A DNA stretch of 63,795 nt, the filler included, from Octopus bimaculoides (lineage: Eukaryota): NCBI RefSeq assembly GCF_001194135.2. It is 5 parts of 5 records of this genome, joined end to end, with 100 filler letters (N's around TTAATTAATTAA, not from the genome) between each part and the next. Parts side by side here need not be neighbours in the genome. Positions count along the whole stretch, not along the records: positions 57,625 to 63,795 come from NC_068986.1; 4 more parts are not named here. One strand, written 5' to 3'. Positions within the stretch are counted from its first letter, which is position 1, and every line of letters begins with the position of its first letter. Below the pieces are notes generated by a model, which saw only the letters and a list, made by a program, of their open reading frames with translations, searched no databases and was not told the DNA's origin. Of the stretch, positions 63,251 through 63,795 are shown one piece after another. The position numbers were made by a program, and so were the translations under genes.

Positions 63251-63795
63251 CTTTTATGTGTTTCAGCCAGGTGTCTGTGGTCATGCTGGAGCACCACCAT
63301 GATTTTTCCACACTGCTGCTCTCAATTGTGTCTCATGTCGAGCAATTGGTTCATCTGGTATTGTGGATAGGAGAGTGTCCAGTTTCTTTTTGAAGACTTC
63401 CACAACTATATCATGTAAGTTTTTCAATTCTTTTATATATATCACATTGTTATAGTTATAAATATATATATATATATATATATTTATTTATGTGTTTCAG
63501 CCAAGTGGCTGCGGTCATGCTGGTGCACCACCGTGATTTTCACGTTCCTTGCATGGCTCTTCTCCTCCACCAGACATGGTCCAATCAAGAGTTTTGATGG
63601 CACATCTGATGTATAAGAGAATTTGACATAGCTGCCCTAAACTGCGTCTCATTACGAGCCATTGGTTCGTCTGGTATCGTGGAGAGGAAAGTGTCAAGTT
63701 TTGTCTTGAAGACCTCCGCATCCATGTCTTGCATGTCTCTCAAATGTTTTGGCAGGGCATTGAAGAGCTGAGGTCCTCTGAAACCGAGGCTGCTG
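63251..63795 (-). mobile_element. Two tandem CR1-group LINE 3' ends (63251-63415 internally deleted; 63486-63795 runs off the window)
   Basis: SSLGFRGPQLFNALPKHLRDMQDMDAEVFKTKLDTFLSTIPDEP...AAMSNSLIHQ...*; both terminate in ggctgaaacacataaa next to (TA)n. Confidence 0.88.

Overview
Eukaryotic, AT-rich, microsatellite-saturated DNA with many N gaps. It is most likely a coleoid cephalopod (Octopus), inferred from recognisable tRNA-derived SINE families and the extreme (TA)n/(TG)n/(GATA)n load. The window joins five scaffold pieces through four identical synthetic 100-bp linkers (44 N + TTAATTAATTAA + 44 N), so long-range contiguity is not guaranteed. There is no long intact ORF; nearly all ORF-track entries are microsatellite or N artefacts. 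Most identifiable content is transposon debris: at least four tRNA-SINE families; RTE, CR1-like, L1/Tx1-like, R4/Dong-like and HERO-like LINE fragments; two mariners, a DD37D maT element, and MITEs. The best gene evidence is two phase-compatible minus-strand exons (913-1002 and 508-599) encoding a transmembrane helix, a basic stop-transfer patch, a stop codon and an AATAAA. A possible signal-peptide exon lies about 50 kb upstream. The most notable non-genic signals are a hammerhead-ribozyme-like core (62864-62908), a SINE/CR1-LINE shared 3' tail, R4/Dong copies bracketed by triplet microsatellites, and a series of long fold-back hairpins. I found no convincing wholly new biological system; the leads are ranked below.
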